Of a stretch of DNA of 64,000 nucleotides, positions 9,421 through 20,015 are shown piece after piece (position 1 is the first letter of the stretch; each line of letters begins with the position of its first letter). The DNA is from an uncultured Pseudobdellovibrionaceae bacterium (GTDB lineage Bacteria > Bdellovibrionota > Bdellovibrionia > Bdellovibrionales > UBA1609). Where the stretch lies: positions 8,595 through 72,594 of the forward strand of contig CAYHVK010000004.1 in the NCBI GenBank assembly GCA_964360255.1, read 5' to 3'. Both the position numbers and the translations under genes were made by a program. The notes under the pieces are model-generated. The model saw nothing but the letters and a program-made list of their open reading frames with translations, did not search any database and was not told the origin of the DNA.

Positions 9421-11679
9421 TCAGTCTTGGGCCAAACTTGTACGCTCGGCAGTCAAAACTCCCGGCAATTTCTCTAGGGCCGAAATGACCTGATTCAGCT
9501 GAAGAGTGTCACGAACGGCAATATCAAAAATTGAAATAGCGCGACGATCACGAGTCGCACGGGCTTGTACATTGATAATGTTACAGCCCAAACTTGAGAA
9601 GACTTCTGACATACCCTTTAGAAGACCTGACTTATCTTCGCTGGTGACCTTCACTCGCACGATATGCTCGGCCTGCGCAGTTTTAGGATCTCCGCTCCAC
9701 TCCACTTCAACAGCGCGAGCTTGATCGATTTCGTAAGCTTTTTCACAGTCCGCCCGGTGAATTGAAATACCGCGACCGCGCGAAATAAATCCGACAATAG
9801 GATCACCATGAATAGGTAAACAGCATTTCGCATAACGAACCAGAACATCATTCATCCCGTCTACAGAGATAATAGAGCCCGTCTTTTTTGTGCGATTGAC
9901 GGCCGACTTAAGAGCTTTTGAAATAAACGATTCTTTTTCACTCGTCTCTTCGGGTTTTGGTTTTTCACCGAGGGCTTCAATAATTAATTGCGGAGTGATC
10001 TTGCCGTAGCCCACACGAATATAAAGCTCGTCGACACTCTGACAGCCTTCATTTTTTAAAAGCTGCTCATATTTCGGACCCGTCAGCGTTTTTGCCAGCG
10101 GCAATCCAGCTTTGCGAAACGATCTTTCAATAATTTCTTTACCCAGCTCTAAAGATCGTTTGCGCTGCTCGGCCTTAACAAATACACGAATGCGCTGTTT
10201 TGCTCGGCTCGTTACGCACATCTTAAGCCAATCTTTCGATGGCTGCTGAGTTTTAGAAGTGATCACTTCAACAATGTCACCATTACGAAGTTTATGCTTC
10301 AGAGTTACAATTCGTCCGTTCACGCGAGCGGCCACTATACGATTTCCTACGTCTGTATGAACAGAAAAAGCAAAATCGATAGGCGACGAACCTTCTGGCA
10401 ACTCTTTGACATCACCCTTAGGAGTGAACACATAAATTTCAGATTCAGATAGATCAGTTTTAATGTTCTCTAAAAATTCATCAGAGTTGTTGGTCTGCTG
10501 GTGCATACTCACAAGTTCACGAAGCCAGTTGAACTTCTCATAGGCCAACTGATCAACAGATTTGTTCGCTCCACCGCTGGCAGCGCCGCGCGAATCTTCT
10601 TTGTACTTCCAGTGAGCGGCGATACCCCAATCCGCAATTAAATGCATCTCTTCGGTACGAATTTGCACTTCAATACGCTCTCCACCCGGCCCAATCACAG
10701 TCGTGTGAAGACTCTGATAATCATTGGTTTTAGGCATAGCAATAAAGTCTTTAAAGCGACCCGGAATTGGCTTCCAGATAGAGTGAACAACGCCAAGCGC
10801 TTCATAACACTCAGGTATAGTTCTGACGACCACTCTGAAAGCGAGTAAATCAAAAATTTGATCATACTCTACATTCCGATGAGTGATTTTTTTATAGATT
10901 GAATACAAATGCTTCGGGCGGCCTGAAACTTCAAACTGTATATTGGGATTCAGCCGCGCCCGCAGCTCACGCTTCAGAAGTTCTTTCACATCTTCAATGT
11001 ACTTCTCGCGCTCTTTTTTCTTCTTATTGAGTTTCTGAACTAGATCGTAATATTGATCGGGCTGAGAATAACGAAAGCTTAAATCTTCCAGCTCAATTTT
11101 CAAACTGTTGATGCCCAAGCGCCCCGCCAGCGGCGTATAAATATCAAGAGTCTCTTCAGCAATACGCTTTTGTTTTTCAGGAGGCATACTCGTCAGCGTC
11201 CGCATATTATGAAGACGATCGGCGAGCTTCACTAAAATCACACGTACATCTTTACCCATGGCGATGATCATCTTGCGAATATTTTCGCCTTGCTTCTCAT
11301 GGGTATGACGAAATTTCATTTGCGAAAGTTTTGTGACGCCATCAACAAGTTCGCGAATCACAGGGCCGAATTCTTTATCAATCTGCTCGAGAGTGACACC
11401 GGTATCTTCAACGGTATCGTGCAAAAGGGCCGCAATAATACTCGCGGAATCCATTCGCAGATCAGCTAAAACTCCGGCGACGCCAAGTGGATGTGTAATG
11501 TAAGGTTCGCCGCTTCGGCGCATTTGACCAGCGTGGGCTTTTTCAGAAAAATCATAGGCTTTACGAACGAGCTCAGCATCCGCATTAGGATTATAAAGTT
11601 TGATTTTTTCTATCAGCTCTTCGACGGACTCAGGGCTTTTTTCGCTGATGCCTTGATCGAAGAGTAATGGTGCTGCCAT
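9421..11679 (-). CDS. rel: Bifunctional (p)ppGpp synthetase/hydrolase (RelA/SpoT homologue)
   Basis: HD hydrolase motif LLHDTVEDT, synthetase region FKDFIAMPKTNDYQSLHTTV, a TGS region and a C-terminal ACT-like domain. 752 aa. Confidence 0.95.
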   Translation of the reverse strand: MAAPLLFDQGISEKSPESVEELIEKIKLYNPNADAELVRKAYDFSEKAHAGQMRRSGEPYITHPLGVAGVLADLRMDSASIIAALLHDTVEDTGVTLEQIDKEFGPVIRELVDGVTKLSQMKFRHTHEKQGENIRKMIIAMGKDVRVILVKLADRLHNMRTLTSMPPEKQKRIAEETLDIYTPLAGRLGINSLKIELEDLSFRYSQPDQYYDLVQKLNKKKKEREKYIEDVKELLKRELRARLNPNIQFEVSGRPKHLYSIYKKITHRNVEYDQIFDLLAFRVVVRTIPECYEALGVVHSIWKPIPGRFKDFIAMPKTNDYQSLHTTVIGPGGERIEVQIRTEEMHLIADWGIAAHWKYKEDSRGAASGGANKSVDQLAYEKFNWLRELVSMHQQTNNSDEFLENIKTDLSESEIYVFTPKGDVKELPEGSSPIDFAFSVHTDVGNRIVAARVNGRIVTLKHKLRNGDIVEVITSKTQQPSKDWLKMCVTSRAKQRIRVFVKAEQRKRSLELGKEIIERSFRKAGLPLAKTLTGPKYEQLLKNEGCQSVDELYIRVGYGKITPQLIIEALGEKPKPEETSEKESFISKALKSAVNRTKKTGSIISVDGMNDVLVRYAKCCLPIHGDPIVGFISRGRGISIHRADCEKAYEIDQARAVEVEWSGDPKTAQAEHIVRVKVTSEDKSGLLKGMSEVFSSLGCNIINVQARATRDRRAISIFDIAVRDTLQLNQVISALEKLPGVLTAERTSLAQD

Positions 11680-11758
11680 GCCGAGTGAGTTCCCTAATAA
11701 GGTCAGTATTTAATACTAACCGAGTTCATTCATTTTTCGGCAGAAATGTGAGCGGGCT

Positions 11759-11790
11759 AAAGCGTAAGTCTTAGAAATCTTACGCTTTTT
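11759..11790 (-). terminator. Hairpin between rpoZ and rel (attenuator/terminator candidate)
   Basis: AAAGCGTAAG-10 nt-CTTACGCTTT. The T-run is weak on the minus strand. Confidence 0.35.
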
Positions 11791-11816
11791 CTCGAGGGTC
11801 AGAGGATCAGTTCAAC

Positions 11817-12071
11817 TTAACGGTTCAAATCGGCTTGAATTTGCTGATCAGCCGTTCCACTACTTTCGTCGTAGTCGAAATTCACTTTACCGGCAGCCAC
11901 TTCGCGAAGTGATGTCACAACGTATTTGTTCGACTTAGTCTGAACAACTGATTGAACACCTTTCATCAATTGCTTCGTTCTTTTAGCAACCAAAACAACT
12001 AAAGCGAAACGGTTATGCACTTTTTCTAAACAGTCTTCAACGGTGACTCTAGCCACAATTTCTCCTGACAT
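11817..12071 (-). CDS. rpoZ: DNA-directed RNA polymerase subunit omega
   Basis: 84 aa with [16 protein letters not shown], in the conserved gmk-rpoZ-rel order. Confidence 0.85.
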   Translation of the reverse strand: MSGEIVARVTVEDCLEKVHNRFALVVLVAKRTKQLMKGVQSVVQTKSNKYVVTSLREVAAGKVNFDYDESSGTADQQIQADLNR

Positions 12072-12093
12072 GAAGGTTCGTAAGCAGCGAAAA

Positions 12094-12669
12094 TTATACG
12101 AGATTTAGTTTTTCTACAATGATTTTTTTGAAAGTTGCGTAAGACCTCTCGAAGTCGTCATTGGTGAGCTCGGCATCGAACTGATGAGCCACCTTGATCT
12201 CTTTCTGAGCGTTAGCCATGCGTGTTTCAAGATCTGGAAGTGCTTTTCCATCCCTTTTGACAACTCTACGACGCAGCTCGTCAATAGAGGGTGGGTGAAT
12301 GAAAATAGCAAATGCATTTGGGTATTTTTCTTTAAATGTCTGCGCCCCTTGAACATCGACATCCATGATAACGACTCGTCCTGAGGCAATGGCATCATCG
12401 ATTTGGTGTTTTGGGGTGCCGTAAAGACGGCCATGAACTTCGGCGTGTTCAATAAAAAATGATTGTTTGAGCAGCTCGCGAAAGCGCTCTTCCGTGACAA
12501 AGTGATAGGGAATCCCCTCACTCTCCCCTTTACGCATAGCTCGGGTGGTGTAAGTGACGGTATCAAACAGAATCGACAATTCTTTTGTGATCTTATCAAC
12601 AAAGCTCGATTTACCTACTCCGCTGGGACCAACAACAATAATCATGGGTGTGGTTTGTTTTTCACTCAT
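12094..12669 (-). CDS. gmk: Guanylate kinase
   Basis: P-loop GPSGVGKSS, and [18 protein letters not shown]. Confidence 0.93.
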   Translation of the reverse strand: MSEKQTTPMIIVVGPSGVGKSSFVDKITKELSILFDTVTYTTRAMRKGESEGIPYHFVTEERFRELLKQSFFIEHAEVHGRLYGTPKHQIDDAIASGRVVIMDVDVQGAQTFKEKYPNAFAIFIHPPSIDELRRRVVKRDGKALPDLETRMANAQKEIKVAHQFDAELTNDDFERSYATFKKIIVEKLNLV

Positions 12670-13565
12670 TCAATATTCTGCACCTGTTCACGGATCTTCT
12701 CGATCACGGTTTTACTTTCGACAACTAAAGCAGTGAGCTCTGACAGTTGAGATTTTGATCCTACCGTATTCACTTCACGTAACAGCTCTTGATTATAAAA
12801 TTCTAAACGTTTGCCCTCAGGTTGGCCAGCTTTCAATAGCTGTTGGCAGCTGCGGATGTGCTCACCTAGACGTGAAAGTTCTTCGGTAATATCAGATTTA
12901 TCAACGTGAAAAAGTATTTCTTGAGAGAGGCGCTGCTCGAGAGACTCTTGATGAAAGCCTAGAGCTTTAAATTTCACAATCAACTTATCTTGTAAGAGCC
13001 CATTTGCTTTTTCGCGTTTCTCACGCATTTTTTCAACTAAGTTGCTTAAGTCTTTGAAAAGCTGAGTGAGTTCGCCTCTCAAATGATGACCTTCACGTAT
13101 ACGAGCCTTATCAAATTGTGAAAGCGCCGTTTTAAAAGTCTTCATTAGAAACGACTTCTCAGCTGGACTTGGATTGGTGCTCTCAAAAGACTCAATAACG
13201 TGAGGTAGGTTCATCACTTCGCTCGCCGAAAGCGCAGAAAATTGTACGCCTTCTTTTTCGCCGACTTTTTTAAGTTGATCATGAGTCTTGAGCCATTTTT
13301 TTACGATATCAGGGCGAACTTTAATTTCAACTTTGCGCTCACCCATTTGGCCGCGGCGATTGATGTAAATATCGACCGTCCCGCGCGCAACGCAAGCCTC
13401 AAGTGACTTCTTAAGGTCAGCTTCGTAAACACTTAATTCTTTTGGTAAATGGAAGCGAGTTTCGAGAAAACGCCCGTTCACAGATTTCAAGATGACTTGC
13501 AGCTCATAGCCTTGCATCTTTTTATCGGCCATGCCGAAACCAGTCATACTTTTCATGGGCGGCAT
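12666..13565 (-). CDS. yicC: YicC family stress-induced protein
   Basis: N-terminal MKSMTGFG signature and a helical C-terminus ending REQVQNIE. It overlaps gmk by 4 nt. The true start may be the ATG at 13556. Confidence 0.85.
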   Translation of the reverse strand: MPPMKSMTGFGMADKKMQGYELQVILKSVNGRFLETRFHLPKELSVYEADLKKSLEACVARGTVDIYINRRGQMGERKVEIKVRPDIVKKWLKTHDQLKKVGEKEGVQFSALSASEVMNLPHVIESFESTNPSPAEKSFLMKTFKTALSQFDKARIREGHHLRGELTQLFKDLSNLVEKMREKREKANGLLQDKLIVKFKALGFHQESLEQRLSQEILFHVDKSDITEELSRLGEHIRSCQQLLKAGQPEGKRLEFYNQELLREVNTVGSKSQLSELTALVVESKTVIEKIREQVQNIE

Positions 13566-13614
13566 TATGGGAAAAACTTAAAGCGCCGTCAATATGGTTT
13601 GGCAAATAGTTGGG

Positions 13615-14553
13615 TTAGGCTGGTCGCCACTCAACATCCAGATCCTTTTTGAACCAGGTCATCTGCTTTTTTGCGAGACGCATTGTGCTCTGAGTAATGG
13701 TGGCGGCTAGATCAGCCTCAGCCAGCTCGCCCTGTAGAAACTGCAGGACTTCTTTGTAACCCACGCTCTGTAATGGGGCCCAGTCAGGCCGCACAATCTT
13801 CAAAAGTCCCTGCACTTCGGCAACAAGGCCATCCGCCAGCATATTCTGCGTGCGCTGCTCAACTCTTGAGCGAAGCTTCTCCCGATCTACTTGCAAACCT
13901 ATTTTCTTAACCGTGAAGCGATCAGACAAAGTTTGCTCGTTGTCTTTAAAATCCTGCTTCATCTGACTCCACGCCTTACCGGTATGAAGTACCACAGAAA
14001 GGGCTCGCACCAAGCGATAGCTGTCATTTACATGGATGGCTTTTGCTGAATCGGCATCACGGGCTTTGAGCTCATCCCATAAAAACTGATTCCCTTTTTC
14101 AATCTGCCAAGATTCAACCTGGGCCACAGTCTCAGCGGGAACAGCCTCCACATTGAACATGCCCTTATCGAGAGCGCGAAGGTAGAAACCACTGCCTCCC
14201 ACGATAAAAATATTATGTTTCTCAATATTGTCTTCGATGACTTTTAAGGCGGCCCGACGATATTCACCTGCTGTAAACTCTTGGCCTACATCGACGATAT
14301 CAAAAAGAAAATGCGGGCAAAGCTGGCGTTCTTGAAGTGATGGTTTAGCAGTTCCGATATCGAGCTGCCTGAACACTTGCAGGCTATCACCGTTCACAAT
14401 AATGCCGTTCTCGGCTCGAGCCAGATCAAGAGCAAGCTGAGTTTTACCTGAAGCCGTAGGCCCCACAATAAAAGTAAGAGTGCCTTTAGACAGTTCGGCC
14501 AAAATCACGCTCGAGCTTTGAGAATTCATATTCAACATATACAGGACGACCAT
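13615..14553 (-). CDS. miaA: tRNA dimethylallyltransferase
   Basis: GPTASGKT P-loop, and DSLQVFRQLDIGTAKP. Alternative ATGs lie at 14538 and 14529. Confidence 0.92.
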   Translation of the reverse strand: MVVLYMLNMNSQSSSVILAELSKGTLTFIVGPTASGKTQLALDLARAENGIIVNGDSLQVFRQLDIGTAKPSLQERQLCPHFLFDIVDVGQEFTAGEYRRAALKVIEDNIEKHNIFIVGGSGFYLRALDKGMFNVEAVPAETVAQVESWQIEKGNQFLWDELKARDADSAKAIHVNDSYRLVRALSVVLHTGKAWSQMKQDFKDNEQTLSDRFTVKKIGLQVDREKLRSRVEQRTQNMLADGLVAEVQGLLKIVRPDWAPLQSVGYKEVLQFLQGELAEADLAATITQSTMRLAKKQMTWFKKDLDVEWRPA

Positions 14554-16321
14554 GAGGACAGAATGATGAAAGCGGAAACTCTTCCATCTGTGCGAGCAGC
14601 TGCTGCATCTCTTCTACTGATAATGCGCGGCCAGCGCGAACTGCCGAATGGCAGGCCATAGTGGCAAAAATATCATTGAGGAGTTTTTCAAAAGCAAAAG
14701 ACTCTCCTTGCTCTGAAATTTCATGGGCGAGCTTTTGAATCACTGGTCCCAAAGATTCTTCTTTAATGAGGGCCGGCGCCGATCTTACCGCCACACTTTC
14801 TGGACCTACCTGATCTAAGGTGATCCCCATATCTTGTTCAATTTTGTTAAAGTAAGGAATGAGCTTTTCAAGTTCACCTTCATTGATGTCTACAACAAAT
14901 GGAATCAAATAACTTTGAACTTCAATCTGACGATTTTTAAAATCTTTTTGAATGCGCTCGAAAAGCACTCGCTCATGAGCCGCGTGCTGGTCGATAAAAA
15001 GTAAACCCTTCGCATTTTGTGTCACGATATAAGTGAGGTGAGCCTGACCAATGAGATGTAGCGAGGACCATGTGGCCGCACTTGATGGAGCGCCTGCAGA
15101 TTCTTGGCGAGCATTTTCTAGAGCATTCATCCAACCACCGGCAGGGGCGACTTCAGTCGTGGCCTCTGTAGATGTGGACTGATTGTAAGAAGTTGGCGCG
15201 TGCTGAAATTTTGGTGAACGAAACTGAGTCTTAGAAAACTCTGGAGTTTTAAACTGCAAAGACATGAGACCATCGACGCTGTCAGAAGAACCACCGCGGG
15301 CATTATCTGTAGCCGACTGTCCTGCGGGATTAATTAAATTCCCGAGCCATGGCGCCTTTTCTAAAAGCTGACGAGTGGCGCGATGAACGACGCGAAAGGC
15401 AATAGATGGATCTCTAAACTTCACCTGAGATTTTGTCGGGTGAATATTCACATCCAGCTCTGAAGTTGGGCAATCTAAGAAAACAACGGCAATGGGATAC
15501 TCCCCGTGCATCAAGAGACTGCGATAGGCTTCAGTAACAGCAGCTTGAAGGCCCTTGTCTTGAACCCAGCGGTTTTTAACAAACGTCCAAATCTTTTTAT
15601 TCTGAGCTGCAGTTACATTTGGTGAGCAAGCGAAGATGCGCGCTTTAAAACCAGAGATCTCAGCCGAAGTTTCAAAAACCTCCTGCTCATCAATCACGGC
15701 GATGACTCGCTCACTTACATTTTCAGTGGCGGGCCAGAAAAACTGCAAAACTTTATCCACCTTAACTCTAAAACCCACTTGTGGGTGCGCAAGAGCAATG
15801 GCTTTTAATGTTTGCTTAATTTGTGTCACTTCAGCTGTTGCTGATTTTAAAAATTTCAAACGAGCCGGGACATTTTCAAAGAGCTGCTCAACAAGAACAG
15901 TCGTCCCCTGATCCATTGCTGATTTTTCTGGTTTGCCGATGGAGCCGAATTTGATGGTGATGCGCGCTCCTTCAGCTTGATCAGCTGGGCGCGAAGAGAT
16001 TTGCATTTCACTCACTGAAGCCGCACTGGCTAAAGCTTCACCACGGAAACCAAACGAATGGATATTCCAGAGATCATCGATTTTATTGATTTTACTAGTC
16101 GTGTGTCTTTCAATGGCAAGAGCTAAGTCTTTTTTAGAAATACCGCTTCCATTATCGCGAACTTCAATTGAGCGGCCACCTTCAGCAATATGAATTTCTA
16201 ATTCTGTAGCACCGGCATCGATACTGTTTTCAACAAGCTCTTTTACAAGATGAGCGGGGCGCTCAACCACTTCTCCGGCCGCAATTTGGTTCACCAAATC
16301 ATCAGATAAACGCTGAATCAT
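14486..16321 (-). CDS. mutL: DNA mismatch repair protein MutL
   Basis: GHKL ATPase N-terminus LSDDLVNQIAAGEVVERPAHLVKELVENSIDAG, and C-terminal dimerisation region FCPHGRP. Confidence 0.95.
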   Translation of the reverse strand: MIQRLSDDLVNQIAAGEVVERPAHLVKELVENSIDAGATELEIHIAEGGRSIEVRDNGSGISKKDLALAIERHTTSKINKIDDLWNIHSFGFRGEALASAASVSEMQISSRPADQAEGARITIKFGSIGKPEKSAMDQGTTVLVEQLFENVPARLKFLKSATAEVTQIKQTLKAIALAHPQVGFRVKVDKVLQFFWPATENVSERVIAVIDEQEVFETSAEISGFKARIFACSPNVTAAQNKKIWTFVKNRWVQDKGLQAAVTEAYRSLLMHGEYPIAVVFLDCPTSELDVNIHPTKSQVKFRDPSIAFRVVHRATRQLLEKAPWLGNLINPAGQSATDNARGGSSDSVDGLMSLQFKTPEFSKTQFRSPKFQHAPTSYNQSTSTEATTEVAPAGGWMNALENARQESAGAPSSAATWSSLHLIGQAHLTYIVTQNAKGLLFIDQHAAHERVLFERIQKDFKNRQIEVQSYLIPFVVDINEGELEKLIPYFNKIEQDMGITLDQVGPESVAVRSAPALIKEESLGPVIQKLAHEISEQGESFAFEKLLNDIFATMACHSAVRAGRALSVEEMQQLLAQMEEFPLSSFCPHGRPVYVEYEFSKLERDFGRTV

Positions 16322-16419
16322 GTAATACCCCCGTCGGATCGGCGAGTCTTAGACAGCTGACGCTTACTCGCCGGGCTTAACTTATGTTTTGAAAGGGGGA
16401 AAAGGCAAGCTTAAGTGAC

Positions 16420-17418
16420 TTAAAATTTGGTGCCAAAAGAGAGGGCGTAACCCATGTAAGATTCTTTTTCATAATAATAGCGTAAATCGCCTCTAATGGC
16501 GTATTTAGAGCCAATTTCATAGGCATAACCGATCTCACCAGCTAAACCCACAACAAGATCTTGTGAGTCAATAGCCGAATTATTCGGGAAAGTCCGAGTG
16601 ATCACTTCGTATCTGAGATATTTTGCCGTCAGGCCAGCTCCGTAATAAAGCAGACCTTTTTTAGATTCCATACCCGGAAAAAGTAAAATGGCGTGACCCA
16701 AAAGCATAAAGCCTTTAGTTGATGTAAAATACTTACTGTAAAAATCAGGCTCACCCGTTGTGATATTCATCTCAAAGTCGATTGGAATTCCGCCCATAAG
16801 CGACCCAGGCCCCGTCAATTTCACACCAAACATGGTGAGATCACCTGAGTTTGATTTTTTGCCGATCTTTTCTGCGTAATCATAAGTGGCATAATTCAGT
16901 GAAAGATAGCGAGTCAGGTAAAGCCCGCCGCCAGCATTGCGATCATCTTCAGGCTCATTGCGCTCTAGCTCAGGTTGAATTTGTGTTGGGTCGTTAGCAT
17001 CCACGGCGGATTGTGCTGGATCTGCCTCAACACGAGGAGGCGGGTTGGGCCGTGAAGAAGATTTTGCTGCATTTAAAGCTTTGCCAGAAGTTTGAATATC
17101 AACATCTGTGATGTAACCGAAGACACCTTTACGCAAACGAATTTTATGAAAGGCTCCGAGGCCGCCCGCTCCGCGATAAACTTTACGGGAAACTAGAATA
17201 CCTTTGCCGCGATCTAAATAATCCATGACAGGCGAATCGAAATTGGCCGATTCATAAACGGCGGCGCCATCAACTGTGACTTTGGCTTTTTGACCCGGAT
17301 CTTTTGCCGCTTTCTTCTTGGTTTGAGAAAATGCGAAGGGTGAAAAACACAGAAGGCTTAAAAATAAAACCAACACGGTCAATTTATTTTTATCTAATGG
17401 GTTTTTCGTAAATACCAT
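16420..17418 (-). CDS. Outer-membrane beta-barrel protein with SH3-like N-terminal domain
   Basis: Signal peptide (AFSQ/T), then an SH3b-like stretch (VYESANFDSPVMDYLDRGKGILV), a Pro-rich linker and a C-terminal barrel ending in F. Confidence 0.55.
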   Translation of the reverse strand: MVFTKNPLDKNKLTVLVLFLSLLCFSPFAFSQTKKKAAKDPGQKAKVTVDGAAVYESANFDSPVMDYLDRGKGILVSRKVYRGAGGLGAFHKIRLRKGVFGYITDVDIQTSGKALNAAKSSSRPNPPPRVEADPAQSAVDANDPTQIQPELERNEPEDDRNAGGGLYLTRYLSLNYATYDYAEKIGKKSNSGDLTMFGVKLTGPGSLMGGIPIDFEMNITTGEPDFYSKYFTSTKGFMLLGHAILLFPGMESKKGLLYYGAGLTAKYLRYEVITRTFPNNSAIDSQDLVVGLAGEIGYAYEIGSKYAIRGDLRYYYEKESYMGYALSFGTKF

Positions 17419-18101
17419 ACTTGCTGCAATGCCTCGATGATGATTGAAAAGGACATTTTGCTATGACCCGCCCTTCTCTCTTCAAATATTATTGGAACCT
17501 CAACTGAAGAAAAATTCAATCTTAAAGCTTTCAATTTCATTTCTATCTGAAAACTATAGCCCTGCGAGCTGCAATTCTGGTAGTCCATCCGGTCTAGGAC
17601 GCGACGATTCCAGCCATTGAAGCCACCAGTCCAATCTTTGATATTATAACCTAAAACCTGACTGGCGTAAAAGCTTCCGGCCCAACTGAGAAAACGGCGA
17701 TACCACTCCCAATTTCTCACTCCGCCATCTGGCACACGACGAGAACCTACAACGAAATCAAATTTGCTGAGTGCTGCCATAATTTTTTCTAAATCCACCG
17801 GACGATGCGAACTGTCTGCATCCATTTGAATAATATGACCGTAACTGTACTGACGAGCCCAATCGATTCCGGCCCGATACGCTTGGCCTAAACCAGCTTT
17901 CTTCTCGCGCTTTAATAAATGGATGTTTTCAAATTTACTTTGGAGCTCAGCTACCACATCTTGCGTGCCGTCTGGCGAATTATCATCTACCACTAAAATG
18001 TTAATTTTAGGATAGAGCTTTTTAATTTCGGACACGAGCACAGCAATATTCTCACGCTCGTTGTAGGTTGGAATAATTAACAAAGTCGAAGCCACTGACA
18101 T
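17394..18101 (-). CDS. GT2 polyprenol-phosphate sugar synthase (Dpm1/polyprenol monophosphomannose synthase-like)
   Basis: IIPTYNERENI, VVDDNSPDGT and QMDADSSH (DxD-type) motifs. 235 aa and soluble. Confidence 0.85.
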   Translation of the reverse strand: MSVASTLLIIPTYNERENIAVLVSEIKKLYPKINILVVDDNSPDGTQDVVAELQSKFENIHLLKREKKAGLGQAYRAGIDWARQYSYGHIIQMDADSSHRPVDLEKIMAALSKFDFVVGSRRVPDGGVRNWEWYRRFLSWAGSFYASQVLGYNIKDWTGGFNGWNRRVLDRMDYQNCSSQGYSFQIEMKLKALRLNFSSVEVPIIFEERRAGHSKMSFSIIIEALQQVWYLRKTH

Positions 18102-18569
18102 CTAAACGTGTCTCGAAAGAATAGGTTCTGGCTTTGCATTTACGCTCGGCAAACCCTTTTTACTCTTATTGCCCTTTTCAAGTTCTTCGCGCGTAATTCG
18201 CGGCAGATGCTGGAATGGATTATTTGTTTTCAATAAATGTCCACCCGATTTTCTTAAAGCATCGAGACGGGTTTTCACATTCTCAGAAGCTTGTGCACGA
18301 TTGCGCTGATAAAGAGCTGGGTCAAAATGACAGTGTGGACAAGCGAGAGTCAGACGCCATCTTAAGTGCACGAAAACTTCTGAAATCATCACTGCAATAG
18401 CAAAAATGATCACTGTTTTAGGCTCGACATCTCCCCAAACCACATACATGATCAAAAGCGAGCAAAAAGCCGACAGCACGACATTGGTCCAGTTAATATG
18501 TTTTTTACGACATACACCGCGTTCGAGCTTACAAAATGCACAATAAACTTTCTCAAAGACATTCAACAT
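18102..18569 (-). CDS. Membrane protein with split CxxC...CxxC zinc-ribbon-like motif
   Basis: CAFC, then two TM helices, then CPHC, then a basic tail. There is no gap to the GT2 gene. Confidence 0.5.
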   Translation of the reverse strand: MLNVFEKVYCAFCKLERGVCRKKHINWTNVVLSAFCSLLIMYVVWGDVEPKTVIIFAIAVMISEVFVHLRWRLTLACPHCHFDPALYQRNRAQASENVKTRLDALRKSGGHLLKTNNPFQHLPRITREELEKGNKSKKGLPSVNAKPEPILSRHV

Positions 18570-18648
18570 GTGTCTATTTTAGTAAGAAACTGTGAATTTC
18601 GAAAGACGAGTTTTTTGATTTATTGAAAATATTTGGTAGGATAATCAT

Positions 18649-19308
18649 ATGAAAAAAAATAACGCGGCTCTATTCTCTTTATTCGGTCTTACTTTAACCC
18701 TTCTCGCAGCGCCTTTAGTCCAGGCTTCCGAAGATTACTCGAGCTATGATGACATCATCAAAAATCTCAAGGGCTCTGAAATTTCGGCGGCCTATTCAGG
18801 TACTGCGAAATCTGATTTTGACAGTATCAAAATTCATGCGGGTGCTGGCCTCGTGAACTCGAACCTCCGCTTAGACACTCCGAAAGGATTGGCTTCAAAC
18901 GCGACTGTTCGCGGAGTTGAGCTTTTTGTCGGAATCGATCTTTTCTCTCCTGCATGGATTGCCGAAGGAGCCGTTCGCACCTTCACGAGCGAAAGATTTT
19001 CGGGCACAACTCTTTCTCTCAGAGAATTTGATTTGAAAGTGATTTCACGCAATCAAATTTCAAAAACGATGTTTTGGCGCGCTGGCGCAGGTATGTCAGC
19101 TCGCTACCTGGATTTTGCTGAAAAACCAGCTCAGCTTGAAAAACGCGCTTATACGACCCCTGCTTCTGAGTTTGTAGCTGGCCTCGGAGCCCAATTTAGC
19201 CCTGCTTTTTCGGCCGGCATTGATTTGAGCTACAAAAACTCACTGATTAATGACACGATTGATAAAAGTTCAGTGGATGGTAATATCCGGCTCACCGGCA
19301 CCTTCTAA
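18649..19308 (+). CDS. Small outer-membrane beta-barrel protein
   Basis: Signal peptide (VQA/S), strand periodicity and a C-terminal F (LTGTF). Confidence 0.55.
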   Translation: MKKNNAALFSLFGLTLTLLAAPLVQASEDYSSYDDIIKNLKGSEISAAYSGTAKSDFDSIKIHAGAGLVNSNLRLDTPKGLASNATVRGVELFVGIDLFSPAWIAEGAVRTFTSERFSGTTLSLREFDLKVISRNQISKTMFWRAGAGMSARYLDFAEKPAQLEKRAYTTPASEFVAGLGAQFSPAFSAGIDLSYKNSLINDTIDKSSVDGNIRLTGTF

Positions 19309-19345
19309 GAACTTAAGTTAACAAGCAGCTCGAGGTTTCACTTCT

Positions 19346-19978
19346 ATGACTTTTTCGCGTGATCTACAGCAGGGGATTTCTCCTTATAAAGCGCAAGCTC
19401 TAGAGTGTGCTCGAGTTCTTCTGCAATTTTTAAAAAATCCGGTACTCGGCATGCGTCAGCTTCCCACATGGGACTGGCCCACACTTATTCTTTTTCACAC
19501 AGCCTTGGCTGCTACTTTTGGTTTCTTAGGTGGACTGATCTCTTTACGTTTTGGCCGCGTCTTCTCGGGCCTGATTATCTATCCTATTTCAACGCTTTTT
19601 ATCGTGGCGATTATTTCAGGCTTCTTCTACTACACTTTTCTTTTTATTTACCATCGTGAACTAGATTTCAAAAAATTAGTCACTCTCGTTGTTTTCGCTC
19701 ATTTGCCAAACACCTTCCTGTCTATTTTTGCTTATCATCTGCCGCCAATTATTTTGATGGGAGTTGCAGCGTCAGGAATGCTTCTTATTGTAGGGCTCAC
19801 TGAACTCAGCCAGATTGATCGCAAAAAAATCATTCAGCTTGTCGGCGGAATCGTAACTCTCTACGTCGCGTTCTGGATCTACGGCGCCATTTCAAGCTCT
19901 TATGAACGACGCTCGATTAAAGATTTTGCCACTCCTGAAAGCCTCGACATTCTCGAGCAAGAAATGGGCGACGAATAA
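19346..19978 (+). CDS. Multi-pass inner-membrane protein, unknown function
   Basis: About five hydrophobic helices. No motif recognised. Confidence 0.55.
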   Translation: MTFSRDLQQGISPYKAQALECARVLLQFLKNPVLGMRQLPTWDWPTLILFHTALAATFGFLGGLISLRFGRVFSGLIIYPISTLFIVAIISGFFYYTFLFIYHRELDFKKLVTLVVFAHLPNTFLSIFAYHLPPIILMGVAASGMLLIVGLTELSQIDRKKIIQLVGGIVTLYVAFWIYGAISSSYERRSIKDFATPESLDILEQEMGDE

Positions 19979-19990
19979 TTGGCTTTTAGC

Positions 19991-20008
19991 GCCCTCCGAA
20001 AAGAGGGC
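19991..20008. terminator. Hairpin between convergent genes
   Basis: GCCCTC-cgaaaa-GAGGGC. Confidence 0.4.
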
Positions 20009-20015
20009 CACTCAT

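Noticed and set aside
12114-12602. 162-aa ORF in another frame of the gmk strand
   Set aside because: It is completely nested in gmk, which has unambiguous kinase motifs. The alternative frame has no recognisable features.
14486-14553. 47-68-nt mutL/miaA overlap and absence of hfq after miaA
   Set aside because: The overlap size depends on which of three ATGs miaA uses, and such overlaps are common. hfq placement varies among lineages, so it is not evidence of anything unusual.
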